The notes under the pieces are model-generated. The model did not search any database, had not been told where the DNA came from, and saw only the letters and a program-made list of their open reading frames with translations. Position numbers and translations under genes: made by a program. A DNA stretch of 64,000 nucleotides, taken from positions 948-64,947 of the forward strand of contig VFFB01000005.1 in NCBI GenBank assembly GCA_018882585.1, given 5' to 3'. This stretch comes from Candidatus Kapaibacterium sp. Lineage in GTDB: Bacteria > Bacteroidota > Ignavibacteria > Kapaibacteriales > Kapaibacteriaceae. Positions within the stretch are counted from its first letter, which is position 1; each line of letters starts with the position of its first letter. This document shows, in pieces, positions 18,280 through 28,338 of the stretch.

Positions 18280-20070
18280 TTAGGCGGCGTCCCGTTCGGC
18301 AACGCGTTTGCGGATGGCCTCGATCGACCCCACGGGGATCGCTTCGATCAGATTGCGGGTGTAGGCCTGCTGCGGCTGAGCGTATAGCGCATTCGACGGG
18401 CCCATCTCGACAATCTTGCCGGCATTCATCACGGCGATGCGGTCGGAGATGAACTTCACAACGCTCAGGTCGTGCGAGATGAAGATGTACGTCAACTTGA
18501 ACTCGTCGCGCAGTTGCACAAGCAGGTTTAGCACCTGTGCCTGCACCGAGACGTCAAGGGCCGACACCGATTCGTCGCAGATCAGCAGCTTGGGTTTAAG
18601 CGCGAGCGCACGCGCAATACAGATGCGCTGGCGCTGTCCGCCCGAGAATTCATGCGGATAGTTCGAGAAGTGACGCGGCAGCATGTTCACCTTGTCCAAC
18701 AGGTATAACACATGCTCTTTGCGCTCCTTCTCGGAGTCGCCAATGCCGTGCACACGCATCACTTCCATGATGGCGCTGCCGACGCTCAGTCGAGGATTGA
18801 GCGACGAATATGGATCCTGAAAGATGATCTGAAAGTCGCGGCGCATCTTCATCAGCTCGGCACTGTTCAGCTTGCAGACATCGCGTCCGTCGAACATCAC
18901 CGTACCCGACGTTGGCTCGACCAGTCGCAGCACGGCTCGGCCCGTCGTGGTCTTTCCGCAGCCGGATTCGCCTACAAGACCAAGCGTCTCGCCGGGCTTG
19001 ACGTCGAACGTGATGCCATCGACAGCCTTGACGAAACCGGACGTGCGACCGAACAGGCCCGACTTGATCGGGAAGTGTACTTCGAGGTTGCGGACGTCAA
19101 GCAGAGGCTTTTCCATGGACAGGGCCGTATTCCGGTCGTCGATCTCGTCCTGCGTGATCTCGAGTTCGTGCACCGTTGCTTCGACCGTGGCATGCGACCG
19201 TTCGACGATCGCACCGTCGGCCTGTTCGTCCATGAAGTCTCGAACCGTAGGCAGAATGCGGAGTTTTTTATCAAGTCGCGGACGGCACGCCAGCAGACCC
19301 TTTGTGTAGGGATGCTGGGGATCTTCGAAGATCTGCTGTACGCTTCCCGTTTCGACGATCTTGCCCTTGTACATCACGATCACGTCATCGGCGATCTCGG
19401 CGATCACGCCAAGGTCATGCGTGATGAACATCATGCTCATGGCATGCTTCCGCTGCAGGTCGCGCATCAGGTCAAGGATCGTTGCCTGCACCGTCACGTC
19501 AAGCGCCGTGGTGGGCTCGTCGGCGATCAGCAGGGCGGGATTGCACGACATGGCCATGGCGATCATCACCCGCTGCTTTTGTCCGCCCGACAGTTGATGC
19601 GGATATGACTTCATCATCTGCTCGGGGCGTGGCAGCTGCACTTCCTTCAGCAGGGCCAGCGTGCGCTCGGTGGCTTCGGCCGTCGACACCTGCTGATGCA
19701 GCCGTATTGCCTCAATGATCTGATCGCCACATGTGAACACAGGATTGAGCGACGTCATCGGCTCCTGAAAGATCATCGCGATCTTGTTGCCTCGATACGT
19801 GCGCATCTTCTCTTCCGGTAGCGCCAACAGGTCTGTCACTGCCCCCTGCTCATGAAACAGTACCTTGCCGCCCGTGATACGTCCCGGAGGATCGGGAATC
19901 AGACGCATGACGGAGAGTGAGGTGACGGATTTACCGGATCCCGATTCGCCAACGATGCCAAGCGTGCGGCCTTTGTGGACGGTGAACGAGACATTGTTCA
20001 CAGCCTTGACCAGAGCTTGTTCCGTGCGGAATTCGGTAACCAGATTCGATACGTCGAGCAGGGTTTCCAT
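18280..20070 (-). CDS. Dipeptide/oligopeptide ABC transporter ATP-binding protein (duplicated ATPase domains)
   Basis: Two ABC domains: GESGSGKS...[12 protein letters not shown] and GESGCGKT...[12 protein letters not shown]. Confidence 0.93.
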   Translation of the reverse strand: METLLDVSNLVTEFRTEQALVKAVNNVSFTVHKGRTLGIVGESGSGKSVTSLSVMRLIPDPPGRITGGKVLFHEQGAVTDLLALPEEKMRTYRGNKIAMIFQEPMTSLNPVFTCGDQIIEAIRLHQQVSTAEATERTLALLKEVQLPRPEQMMKSYPHQLSGGQKQRVMIAMAMSCNPALLIADEPTTALDVTVQATILDLMRDLQRKHAMSMMFITHDLGVIAEIADDVIVMYKGKIVETGSVQQIFEDPQHPYTKGLLACRPRLDKKLRILPTVRDFMDEQADGAIVERSHATVEATVHELEITQDEIDDRNTALSMEKPLLDVRNLEVHFPIKSGLFGRTSGFVKAVDGITFDVKPGETLGLVGESGCGKTTTGRAVLRLVEPTSGTVMFDGRDVCKLNSAELMKMRRDFQIIFQDPYSSLNPRLSVGSAIMEVMRVHGIGDSEKERKEHVLYLLDKVNMLPRHFSNYPHEFSGGQRQRICIARALALKPKLLICDESVSALDVSVQAQVLNLLVQLRDEFKLTYIFISHDLSVVKFISDRIAVMNAGKIVEMGPSNALYAQPQQAYTRNLIEAIPVGSIEAIRKRVAERDAA

Positions 20071-20185
20071 AGCGACCCGAGATGAGTTGGGTAGGGGGCG
20101 AAGTTACCGCTTTCGGGGGACGTTCTCATGCGCTTTGCCTGCGCGTGCAGACAATTTCGCATCACCATCGGGTCAGCGCCAGACC

Positions 20186-20245
20186 AAAAAAGAACCGCCA
20201 ATGTGCGACCATGGCTTTCAAGCTCATGCCTGCACATCGGCGGTT
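20186..20245 (-). terminator. Long hairpin followed by a U-tract (intrinsic terminator-like)
   Basis: Minus strand AACCGCCGATGTGC...GCACATTGGCGGTT followed by CTTTTTT. Confidence 0.6.
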
Positions 20246-20295
20246 GCCACCACAAAGGGCGGATAATGTTCGATCCGGTTTCCCGGCGCGTTTTC

Positions 20296-20400
20296 AAAAA
20301 AAAGAATGGGCGCTCCCCTGGTCACTACACCCATTCTTGAGGGGTTTTGGGTCCATCTTGACCTCAACAATAGTGCTGAGGTCGATGGAAGGATGTCACG
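20296..20400 (-). ncRNA. Candidate structured small RNA / leader: two hairpins ending in a terminator
   Basis: TAACTTG promoter-like motif at 20407-20413 (minus), hairpin 20352-20389, and hairpin AAGAATGGG..CCCATTCTT running into T8. Confidence 0.4.
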
Positions 20401-20501
20401 TCAGTGCAAGTTAACTACGTTTACGCAAAGTTGTACGCAGTTGCACGGATTTTTTTTCACCCAGGGGGTGGCATGGTGGCTCATGCCACGGCAGCACTCC
20501 C

Positions 20502-21818
20502 TTAGGCCGGTTGGCGCAGCACCTGTCGCGTCTGGCGGGCCAGGTAGGCATTGGCCACGATACGGCCGACAACCATGGCCACGGCGGCCGAGATCACGCC
20601 AACAGGATTAATCGTGCCCACAAGGACGGCCATGACGGCGGCGATCAGGCCAACCTCGACAATGGTGCTCCACGTGACGGCAACGCTCCGTCGGGCCGAG
20701 ATCAGCACGGCCCGTTGCAGGGAGTAGAGTACGGCCAGGGCCGGCAGGGGCACCAGGATCATCGTTGGCACAATGGCAAACGCTGCCAGTTGGGCACTCA
20801 GGCCGTACATGCCCTGGTAGAGCCAGGCGGCGGCAGGGGTGAATGCAACGATGACCAGCACGACCGTTGTTGCGATGGCGATACCGGCGCCCACGCGTTG
20901 CAGCGGCTGCAGATGCTGACGTCGTTCACCCAGCAGGGCAATGCCGACCTCCTGGTACGAAAAGCCGAAGCTCCTGAAGAGGAAGACGAAGGAATCGACC
21001 ACAGGCAGCACGGCAAGTGACTCGACACTCATGGGCGAGCGTCCCATGAAGAAGGCGAGCATCGGCGTTACCACGAATCCGATCACGCTGGTCATGGCCA
21101 GCGGCACATAGAACCGCATCACGTCACGGTACGTCGGTGGCGGCGCCAGCTCATGCTCGTCCTGCTCGCGATAGCGTCGAAGCACGTCGAACGACATCGC
21201 GCGCGTAGCCACAGCCTCGAGGGTGACCCCGACGGACAGGCTGATGGCGCCGACAAGGGTTCCGGGCGCGCCTGCAGCTGCCAGCGCGAATGCCGATCCG
21301 GCCATGCTGATGATGCGGACGACGGTGCCATAGGCAACCAGCCGGGTCTGGCCGGCGCGAATGAGCAGCCCTTGGTAGAAGCGACGATAGCCGATGGCGG
21401 CAGGCCATGGGATCAGACAAACGAATGCCGCATACATGCGCTCTGCCACTTCCGGCGGCATGTTCAGGATGCCATAGGCGACCACGTTGTAGACAGCCGG
21501 TATGCTCACGATGAGCATGCCTGCCGTTACCAGGGCGTTGATGCGCCACGTAAATGCGCGCAGACGCTCTACGGCATGTCTGTCTGTGGCAAGGGCCACG
21601 CTCATGCTAAGCAGCATGATCACGGGTGACTCGATCAGCATGGCCAACGAGATGGCAACGCCGTAGGCAGCCAGGTTGTACGTCGGATCGGGCAGGCGTG
21701 CGATCAACGACGTCAGGATTGGCCCTTCGACGGCCATCATCAGCCAGGTAGCGCTAAGCGGGATCCAGAAGTTGATGACGTCGCGCGTTCGCAACGGCGC
21801 GTCGGTGTGCAGAGGCAT
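20502..21818 (-). CDS. MATE/ANKH-like multi-pass membrane protein
   Basis: About 12 TM helices with two internal repeats (FWIPLSATWLMM / FYVPLAMTSVI). Confidence 0.7.
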   Translation of the reverse strand: MPLHTDAPLRTRDVINFWIPLSATWLMMAVEGPILTSLIARLPDPTYNLAAYGVAISLAMLIESPVIMLLSMSVALATDRHAVERLRAFTWRINALVTAGMLIVSIPAVYNVVAYGILNMPPEVAERMYAAFVCLIPWPAAIGYRRFYQGLLIRAGQTRLVAYGTVVRIISMAGSAFALAAAGAPGTLVGAISLSVGVTLEAVATRAMSFDVLRRYREQDEHELAPPPTYRDVMRFYVPLAMTSVIGFVVTPMLAFFMGRSPMSVESLAVLPVVDSFVFLFRSFGFSYQEVGIALLGERRQHLQPLQRVGAGIAIATTVVLVIVAFTPAAAWLYQGMYGLSAQLAAFAIVPTMILVPLPALAVLYSLQRAVLISARRSVAVTWSTIVEVGLIAAVMAVLVGTINPVGVISAAVAMVVGRIVANAYLARQTRQVLRQPA

Positions 21819-21853
21819 GCGGCGGGAAACCAAAGTTGGCGCAATTTAGTGCC

Positions 21854-22351
21854 ATGTCATTCACCGAGACCCAACATCTCTCCCGCCAGGCGATCCGCGT
21901 CATTCGGTGGATCCTGATCATAGTGTCGGCATTCGAGGTCCTGCTGTTCTCGACCATTGCATTCGTCGAGCATGACGCATGGGCCATGCTGCCTGCGGCC
22001 GGGACAATTGCGATGCTGTTCGTCGTGATGTGGATGATGCGCGCGTCTACGCTGCTCGTGGTGGTCGATAACGATGGCATCATCGTCAAAGCGCGGTTCT
22101 TTCATCGTCGCGGCCGCAACATTCCGTGGACCGACGTGCAACGTGTGCAGCTTCGCCCCTTACGGGCATTCAGCGAGTTTGGTGGCTGGGGCATTCGGTA
22201 TGGATTTCGGAATGCTACCGGATACATCTACGATGGCGATCATTGTTTGGAATGTGTGCTGCAGAATCAAAAGCGAATCGTCGTCTCCATCGTCAATATC
22301 GACGATCTGCGACATGTGCTGACGCAGCAGGGACGTATCACGGCTGGGTAG
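21854..22351 (+). CDS. Small membrane protein with PH-like C-terminal domain (DUF6141-like)
   Basis: F.ETQ start, two TM helices, IPWTDV, EFGGWGIRYG motif. Confidence 0.7.
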   Translation: MSFTETQHLSRQAIRVIRWILIIVSAFEVLLFSTIAFVEHDAWAMLPAAGTIAMLFVVMWMMRASTLLVVVDNDGIIVKARFFHRRGRNIPWTDVQRVQLRPLRAFSEFGGWGIRYGFRNATGYIYDGDHCLECVLQNQKRIVVSIVNIDDLRHVLTQQGRITAG

Positions 22352-22427
22352 CCGCCGTATCGCCAACGGGCATCAGCGCCGATACCGCAGCCTCATCTAC
22401 GTGGCCCCTTCGTCGTAGTTTGCATGC

Positions 22428-23597
22428 ATGAAGGTCCTTGTTCTTGCTCTATCGCTACTGTGCTGCACGCTGCAGACGTCGTTTGCTGCCGACACCGTCC
22501 GCATCTGTACCTACAATGCGCTGAAGTTCAATGCTTCGAACGAAGACGGTCGCATCCCCCATTTCCGGCGCATCCTTGACTCGATACGTCCGGATGTTTT
22601 GCTATGCCAGGAAGTCGACGACGCATCGCTTGGTGCACGCTTCGTGGGTGAGGTACTGACGTGGACGCCATTTGCGGCGTCGCCGTATATCAACGGTCCT
22701 GATACCGACTGCCAGATCCTGTTTGCACAGGATAAGTTCGACTACCTAGGGCAACGCCGAATCACGACCACCCTTCGTGACATTGCAGAGTTTACTATTG
22801 CGACGCGACCGACGAACGGGCTGCAGCCCGACACACTGGTGCTGTATGCCGTGCATCTGAAAGCGAGTGACGACGCGTCCTCCGCCTCGCAACGGACTCA
22901 GGAAGTTCGACGTCTGATCGCAGGTATGACCAACGCATCGTATGCCGTGATAGCCGGCGACTTCAACATTTACAGTCCGCAGGAAGCTGCATACACCGAG
23001 CTGGTGGGCCCGGCTGCCACGCGGCGCTTCGTCGATCCGCTGGGCACGACGTGGGCACGAAACACCGCCGCCTATGCCCAGATCTACACTCAGTGCACGC
23101 GTCAAACCACCATGGGTTCATGCGGTGGCGGCGTCGATGGCGGCGTCGATGATCGCTTCGATTACATTCTTGTGTCGACGGAGCTTGCCCCACGCATTGT
23201 TCAGGGCAGCTATACACCATTTGGCAACGACGGCGTTGCACGATTGAACAGCGCCATCGACAACCCGCCCAATCAGCGCGTCAGTGCCGACATGGCAGCT
23301 GCGCTCAAGTGTGCGTCGGACCACCTGCCCGTCTACGTCGACATCATTCTTGGCGACCTTCAGGCAGGTGTGGAGGGGGCAGCGAACAACGTCGAGTGGC
23401 TTCACCTGCTCGATCATGCGCTTGAGATCGACGTCGTGCGCGACCGCGACGTCGTGCAGATCTACGACATGCAGGGGCGCCTATGGGCTGACCACGTACT
23501 GATAGGCCCCACCGCCCGCATCAGCGTTGCCGGCCTACCCGCAGGTGTGTACGGCGTGCGCGCCGGAACGCGATGGGCCTCGTTCGTGCTGCCCTGA
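22428..23597 (+). CDS. Secreted endonuclease/exonuclease/phosphatase-family protein with T9SS C-terminal domain
   Basis: TYNAL, LCQEV, VHLKA, AGDFN, DDRFDYI, ASDHLPV; CTD IYDMQGRL..GVYGV. Confidence 0.9.
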   Translation: MKVLVLALSLLCCTLQTSFAADTVRICTYNALKFNASNEDGRIPHFRRILDSIRPDVLLCQEVDDASLGARFVGEVLTWTPFAASPYINGPDTDCQILFAQDKFDYLGQRRITTTLRDIAEFTIATRPTNGLQPDTLVLYAVHLKASDDASSASQRTQEVRRLIAGMTNASYAVIAGDFNIYSPQEAAYTELVGPAATRRFVDPLGTTWARNTAAYAQIYTQCTRQTTMGSCGGGVDGGVDDRFDYILVSTELAPRIVQGSYTPFGNDGVARLNSAIDNPPNQRVSADMAAALKCASDHLPVYVDIILGDLQAGVEGAANNVEWLHLLDHALEIDVVRDRDVVQIYDMQGRLWADHVLIGPTARISVAGLPAGVYGVRAGTRWASFVLP

Positions 23598-23601
23598 CGG
23601 C

Positions 23602-24576
23602 TCAGTACTTCAGCAGCCAGGCAAAGACCAGCGGGGCGACGATCGTGGCATCACTCTCGATGATGAACTTCGGCGTGGTGATGTCCAGCTTGCCCCATGT
23701 GATCTTCTCGTTGGGAACGGCGCCGGAATACGAGCCGTACGAGGTCGTGCTGTCGCTGATCTGGCAGAAGTACGACCAGAACGGCACGTCGTGCCACTCA
23801 AGGTCCTGATACATCATCGGCACCACGCAGATCGGGAAGTCACCGGCAATGCCGCCACCGATCTGGAAAAAGCCTACGCCCTTACCGGACGAGTTCTGTC
23901 GGTACCAGTCGGACAACCACACCATGTATTCGATGCCTGACTTCATGGTCGAAGCCTGCAGTTCGCCCTTGATCACGTAGCTGGCAAAGATGTTGCCCAT
24001 GGTTGAGTCTTCCCAGCCCGGGCACACGATGGGCAGGTTCTTCTCGGCAGCTGCCAGCATCCACGAATTCTTCGGGTCGATCTGGTAGTACTGCTCAAGG
24101 TCGCCCGCCAGCAGCATCTTGTACATGTACTCATGCGGGAAGTACCGCTCGCCGTTATCCTGTGCCCCTTTCCACTGTTTATGGATCTGGGCCTGAATGC
24201 GGCGGAATGCTTCCTCTTCGGGAATGCAGGTGTCGGTAACGCGGTTGAAGCCGTGTTCCAGCAGGTCCCATTCGTCCTGCGGACTCAGGTCGCGATAGTT
24301 GGGCACACGCTTGTAGTGGTTGTGTGCAACCAGATTCATGATGTCTTCTTCGAGGTTGGCCCCCGTACACGAGATGATCTGCACCTTGTCCTGCCGGATC
24401 ATTTCGGCAAGCGTCTTGCCGAGTTCGGCCGTGCTCATGGCGCCGGCAAGGGTGATCATCATCTTGCCACCTTCGGCAAGGTGTGTTTCGTAGCCCTTCG
24501 CTGCATCCATCAGGGCCGCAGCATTGAAGTGCAGGAAGTGTTCTTCGATGTATCTGGAAACAGGACCGCGTTCCAT
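23602..24576 (-). CDS. Deoxyhypusine synthase-like protein (polyamine/homospermidine synthesis)
   Basis: LAGAMSTAELG, TGANLEED, GGGIAGDF, SYSGAVPNEKITWGKL; GGAG RBS. Confidence 0.92.
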   Translation of the reverse strand: MERGPVSRYIEEHFLHFNAAALMDAAKGYETHLAEGGKMMITLAGAMSTAELGKTLAEMIRQDKVQIISCTGANLEEDIMNLVAHNHYKRVPNYRDLSPQDEWDLLEHGFNRVTDTCIPEEEAFRRIQAQIHKQWKGAQDNGERYFPHEYMYKMLLAGDLEQYYQIDPKNSWMLAAAEKNLPIVCPGWEDSTMGNIFASYVIKGELQASTMKSGIEYMVWLSDWYRQNSSGKGVGFFQIGGGIAGDFPICVVPMMYQDLEWHDVPFWSYFCQISDSTTSYGSYSGAVPNEKITWGKLDITTPKFIIESDATIVAPLVFAWLLKY

Positions 24577-24656
24577 GGAAGTCTCCGTGAGTAAGGGGGC
24601 TGCAAAATTACGGATTCGCCAGACCCGTGCGAGGTACCGAAATGGTATTTTGGAGC

Positions 24657-25697
24657 ATGAACGTTCGCGCGGTGACCATTGCAACGTCAGTCCTGGCTGT
24701 ACTTGCTTCGGCGGCAGTGCTCTATGCTCTGCGATCTATCATGCTGCCGCTGGTGCTAGCCGGCTTACTCAGCATCCTGTTCCGTCCGCTCGTCAACCGC
24801 CTGCGCGCATGGAAGGTGCCTTCGGTCCTGTGCCTTGTGATTGTCCTGCTGATCGTTTCGTCGGCACTGTGGACGATCTACACCATCGGTGCGGCCGGCA
24901 CTTCCAGTGTGATCGAGAAAGCGCCGGAGTATGATATCCGCGTGCAGCAGCTTTCGGATCAGATCACGGCGTGGGTGCGGGATCTGACGACGATGATCTA
25001 TGGACGTCCGACGAAGATCCGTCTCGAGAACATCGTCAACGTCTCGACGCTGACCGGTGTTGCGGCGCAATGGCTGGGAAGCGTGGTGTCCTTCGTCAGC
25101 GACGCCTTCCTGGTGTTGCTCTTCCTGGTCTTCATGATCCCTGCCGGCGAGCATTTCCCTCGCAAACTCCAGGCCGCCACCAAGGATGTCGATTGGTTGG
25201 ATGCGACCCACGTGTACGACCGCGTCTATTCTGACGTGGTGCGCTACATCAGCGTCAAGACCATCATGAACGCCATCAATGGTCTTGCTACATGGGCTCT
25301 GCTTGAGGCATTCGGCGTCGACTTTGCCCCCCTGCTTGGACTGTTGAGTTTCCTGCTGCACTACCTGCCGAACATCGGATCGGTGGTATCAACAGTGCTG
25401 CCGACCGTGGTTGCACTACTGCAGTTCGGCACCATCGGTGGCACACTGTCCGTTACCATCCCCCTGATCATTGTGCAGGGTGGCATCGGTAACGTGCTCG
25501 AGCCCAAGGTCATGGGCAAGAGTCTCGACCTGAGCCCCGTCGTCGTCCTGTTTGCCCTGGTCTTCTGGGGTTGGATGTGGGGTGTCACGGGCATGATCCT
25601 TTCCGTGCCCATCATGGCCGTGATCAAGAGCGTGCTCGAGGCCACGACGTCGACCCGACCCCTGGCCGTCCTGATGGGCGAGCGCGTGCGGGACTGA
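24657..25697 (+). CDS. AI-2E family transporter
   Basis: Multi-TM protein; YLPNIGS, GNVLEPKVMGKSLDLSP, FWGWMWGVTGMILSVP. Confidence 0.92.
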   Translation: MNVRAVTIATSVLAVLASAAVLYALRSIMLPLVLAGLLSILFRPLVNRLRAWKVPSVLCLVIVLLIVSSALWTIYTIGAAGTSSVIEKAPEYDIRVQQLSDQITAWVRDLTTMIYGRPTKIRLENIVNVSTLTGVAAQWLGSVVSFVSDAFLVLLFLVFMIPAGEHFPRKLQAATKDVDWLDATHVYDRVYSDVVRYISVKTIMNAINGLATWALLEAFGVDFAPLLGLLSFLLHYLPNIGSVVSTVLPTVVALLQFGTIGGTLSVTIPLIIVQGGIGNVLEPKVMGKSLDLSPVVVLFALVFWGWMWGVTGMILSVPIMAVIKSVLEATTSTRPLAVLMGERVRD

Positions 25698-25712
25698 CGT
25701 AGTTTTGTTGTC

Positions 25713-26366
25713 ATGATCATCGATGTGCAAGACGTGACGATGCTGTACGACGGGATCCCGGCGCTCAGCAACGTGTCGGCAACGATCGGCCAGGGCGCCC
25801 TGATCGTGCTTACCGGTCCTACGGGAGCAGGAAAGACGACCTTTCTGCGACTGCTCTATGCCGACCTGCTGCCCACGTCCGGTGTGGTGCTGATCAACGG
25901 CACGGCCACCTCGCGTATGAAGGCTGCACAGCTTCGCACCGTACGTCGATCCATCGGCATCGTCCAGCAGAACTGTCGTCTGGTGGATGACTACACCGTT
26001 TACGACAACATGCTGATGCCGCTGGCCGTACATGGTCTTTCCAAGGCTGACGCGAGCAAGCGCGCGCTTGAGACGCTAGCCGATCTCGACATCAGCTACG
26101 TGCGACACAAGCTTCCGCGACAGCTCTCCGGGGGCGAGCGCCACCTGGTGGCACTGGCCCGTGCCATTGCCGTGCAGCCCGGCATCATCATTGCCGACGA
26201 GCCGACAGGTACGCTCGACGAGGCCACGTCCATGGCCGTAGCCGGTGTGCTTCGACGGCAGGCCGAATCTGGCACGTCGCTTGTGATCTCGACACACAGC
26301 GCCTCGTTCGCCGCTGCCTTTCCGGCAGCGCAGCACATTCACCTTGTAGAAGGGAGTCTGGCCTGA
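25713..26366 (+). CDS. ftsE: Cell-division ABC ATP-binding protein, FtsE-like
   Basis: GPTGAGKTTFLRLLY, LRTVRRSIGIVQQ..RL, LSGGE, ADEPTG. Confidence 0.75.
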   Translation: MIIDVQDVTMLYDGIPALSNVSATIGQGALIVLTGPTGAGKTTFLRLLYADLLPTSGVVLINGTATSRMKAAQLRTVRRSIGIVQQNCRLVDDYTVYDNMLMPLAVHGLSKADASKRALETLADLDISYVRHKLPRQLSGGERHLVALARAIAVQPGIIIADEPTGTLDEATSMAVAGVLRRQAESGTSLVISTHSASFAAAFPAAQHIHLVEGSLA

Positions 26367-27103
26367 TGACACGCATTGCCATCGTAGGATACGGCGCCAT
26401 GGGGCGCGCCGTCGAGCGGCTTGCGCCGCAGGCCGACGCCAACGTTGTGGCCATCTGTGACATCGATGATCCGTTCACGCCCTTGGTGGCCGCGCATGCC
26501 GATGTCGCCGTCGACTTCACGCTGCCCCATGTGGTACCTGACGTGGTACGTGTTGCCTGCGACTCCGGCACGAATCTTGTGATCGGCACGACGGGCTGGT
26601 ATGACCGGTTCGACGAGGTGGCGTCCATGGCCGCGAAGGCCGGCATTGGCCTGGTCTATGGCACGAACTTCTCCATCGGCGTCCAGATGTTCTTCCGGTT
26701 GGTGCGCCTTGCCGCGCAACTTGCCGAGCGGCAGCCCGAGTACGACGTGATGCTGCACGAATGGCATCACAAGCGAAAGAAAGACGCGCCAAGCGGCACT
26801 GCCCTGACGGCTGCCGACCTTGTGCTTGGACAGCTGTCGCGCAAGACGCGGATCGAGTCTGAAACGTCACACGACCGGATCGACGCCGATGCGCTGCACG
26901 TAACGTCGACGCGCGGTGGCGAGATCGTCGGAAAGCACGTGCTTACGATGGACTCGGCTGTTGATCGTATCGAGGTTACGCACGATGCAAAGAACAGGGA
27001 CGGTTTTGCCTGGGGAGCACTTCAGGCTGCACGCTGGATCAACGGCAGAACGGGCGTGTACGACTTTGCGGATATCATAGATCAACTGGAGACGAAGCCA
27101 TGA
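26366..27103 (+). CDS. dapB: 4-hydroxy-tetrahydrodipicolinate reductase
   Basis: GYGAMG, VDFT, VIGTTG, NFSIG, EWHHKRKKDAPSGTA. Confidence 0.95.
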   Translation: MTRIAIVGYGAMGRAVERLAPQADANVVAICDIDDPFTPLVAAHADVAVDFTLPHVVPDVVRVACDSGTNLVIGTTGWYDRFDEVASMAAKAGIGLVYGTNFSIGVQMFFRLVRLAAQLAERQPEYDVMLHEWHHKRKKDAPSGTALTAADLVLGQLSRKTRIESETSHDRIDADALHVTSTRGGEIVGKHVLTMDSAVDRIEVTHDAKNRDGFAWGALQAARWINGRTGVYDFADIIDQLETKP

Positions 27104-27807
27104 CCAAGCTTGTGCGCATCGCGATGCTGGCTGTGCTGGCGACAACCGTGGCAGTTGCCGGGCAGACCGGCAAGAAGGCGATACCAACGGTAAAACGGAC
27201 AGCGAAGAAAACAGCTCTGCTGCCACGGCCCATCAGCAAGCCACGGCCCCTTGCATCGCCACTCCTGCCCACACCCCAGCGTTATCGCATGGCAGGTATG
27301 ATACTCTCGTCACCCATTCGACCCGGCAGCAGGTCCCTTACGTCGATCTTCGGCGTCCTGTCAACGCCGGTACTGCCCTCGATGTATGCCGCCACCCATT
27401 CGACGCTTGGTCTGTCTTCGCCGTTGCTGCCCTCGGCACGCATCGTACGGACGTCGCAACAGACGCAGCAGACCACCGCAGCAATGCCGGTCGGCGCAAA
27501 GCCCGTTCTTGTGATCATGCCGGCCGACACGACGCTGACGCTCGACGCGCGCGGCTTCGCCTCGGCCAAGATCCGCTTTCGGAATGCCGGCGGCGGCAAG
27601 CTATCCATCGCCCGTATCACACCGTCGTGCGGATGCGCCAGCGCCTCCGTACAGCGAAACACCATCGACTCCACCGGTACGGGCATGTTCCTGATCGGGG
27701 TGAACGGCAAGAACGTCACCGATGTGTCCGACGTTGTCGAGTGGGTGATCGAGTCCAACGCAGCGGTCCCCTCTGTTCCGTATCGCGTTCGCATCAAGAA
27801 ACCTTAA
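27100..27807 (+). CDS. Exported protein with C-terminal DUF1573-like Ig domain
   Basis: Signal peptide, low-complexity linker, FRNAG...LSI..ITPSCGC. Confidence 0.7.
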   Translation: MTKLVRIAMLAVLATTVAVAGQTGKKAIPTVKRTAKKTALLPRPISKPRPLASPLLPTPQRYRMAGMILSSPIRPGSRSLTSIFGVLSTPVLPSMYAATHSTLGLSSPLLPSARIVRTSQQTQQTTAAMPVGAKPVLVIMPADTTLTLDARGFASAKIRFRNAGGGKLSIARITPSCGCASASVQRNTIDSTGTGMFLIGVNGKNVTDVSDVVEWVIESNAAVPSVPYRVRIKKP

Positions 27808-27827
27808 CCGACCCCAAGGACCCAACC

Positions 27828-28232
27828 ATGGCATACTGGCTTGTAAAGTCGGAACCTGACGTGTACAGCTGGGATACCTTCGTAGCCGAGAAGCAGACCT
27901 ACTGGAATGGCGTGCGCAACTATCAGGCACGCAACAACATGAAGGCCATGCGCAAGGGCGACACCGTGATGTTCTACCACAGCAACGAGGAGCGCCAGGT
28001 GGTGGGGCTGTGTACTGTGGTCAAAGAGGCCTATCAGGACCCCACGACCGACGATCCGGCGTGGGTTGTGGTTGACGTGAAAGCGGGCAAGCGACTCAAG
28101 ACACCCGTCACCCTTGCCACGATCAAGCAGACCAAGGGTCTGGAACAGATCGCCCTTATCAAGCAAAGCCGCTTGTCGGTGATGCCGCTCACCGAAGACG
28201 AGTTCAACATCATCATCGCCTTGGGATCGTAA
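27828..28232 (+). CDS. EVE domain protein
   Basis: YWLVKSEPDVYSW, WNGVRNYQARN, FYHS, SRLSVMP. Confidence 0.95.
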   Translation: MAYWLVKSEPDVYSWDTFVAEKQTYWNGVRNYQARNNMKAMRKGDTVMFYHSNEERQVVGLCTVVKEAYQDPTTDDPAWVVVDVKAGKRLKTPVTLATIKQTKGLEQIALIKQSRLSVMPLTEDEFNIIIALGS

Positions 28233-28269
28233 GACCTCTACCTGCGTCCGCGAAACCGTCTCATCACGC

Positions 28270-28309
28270 AAAAACGAACAACGCCGCTTCGTCTTTCACG
28301 GAGCGGCGT
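28270..28309 (-). terminator. Intrinsic terminator downstream of dnaA (possibly bidirectional)
   Basis: ACGCCGCTTCGT..ACGGAGCGGCGT hairpin, followed on the minus strand by TGTTCGTTTTT. Confidence 0.6.
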
Positions 28310-28338
28310 CGCAGTTCTTCGTCGTATGCTACGTTGCG

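Noticed and set aside
27828-28232. EVE domain as part of a modification-dependent restriction system
   Set aside because: Stand-alone EVE in a housekeeping context with no nuclease partner.
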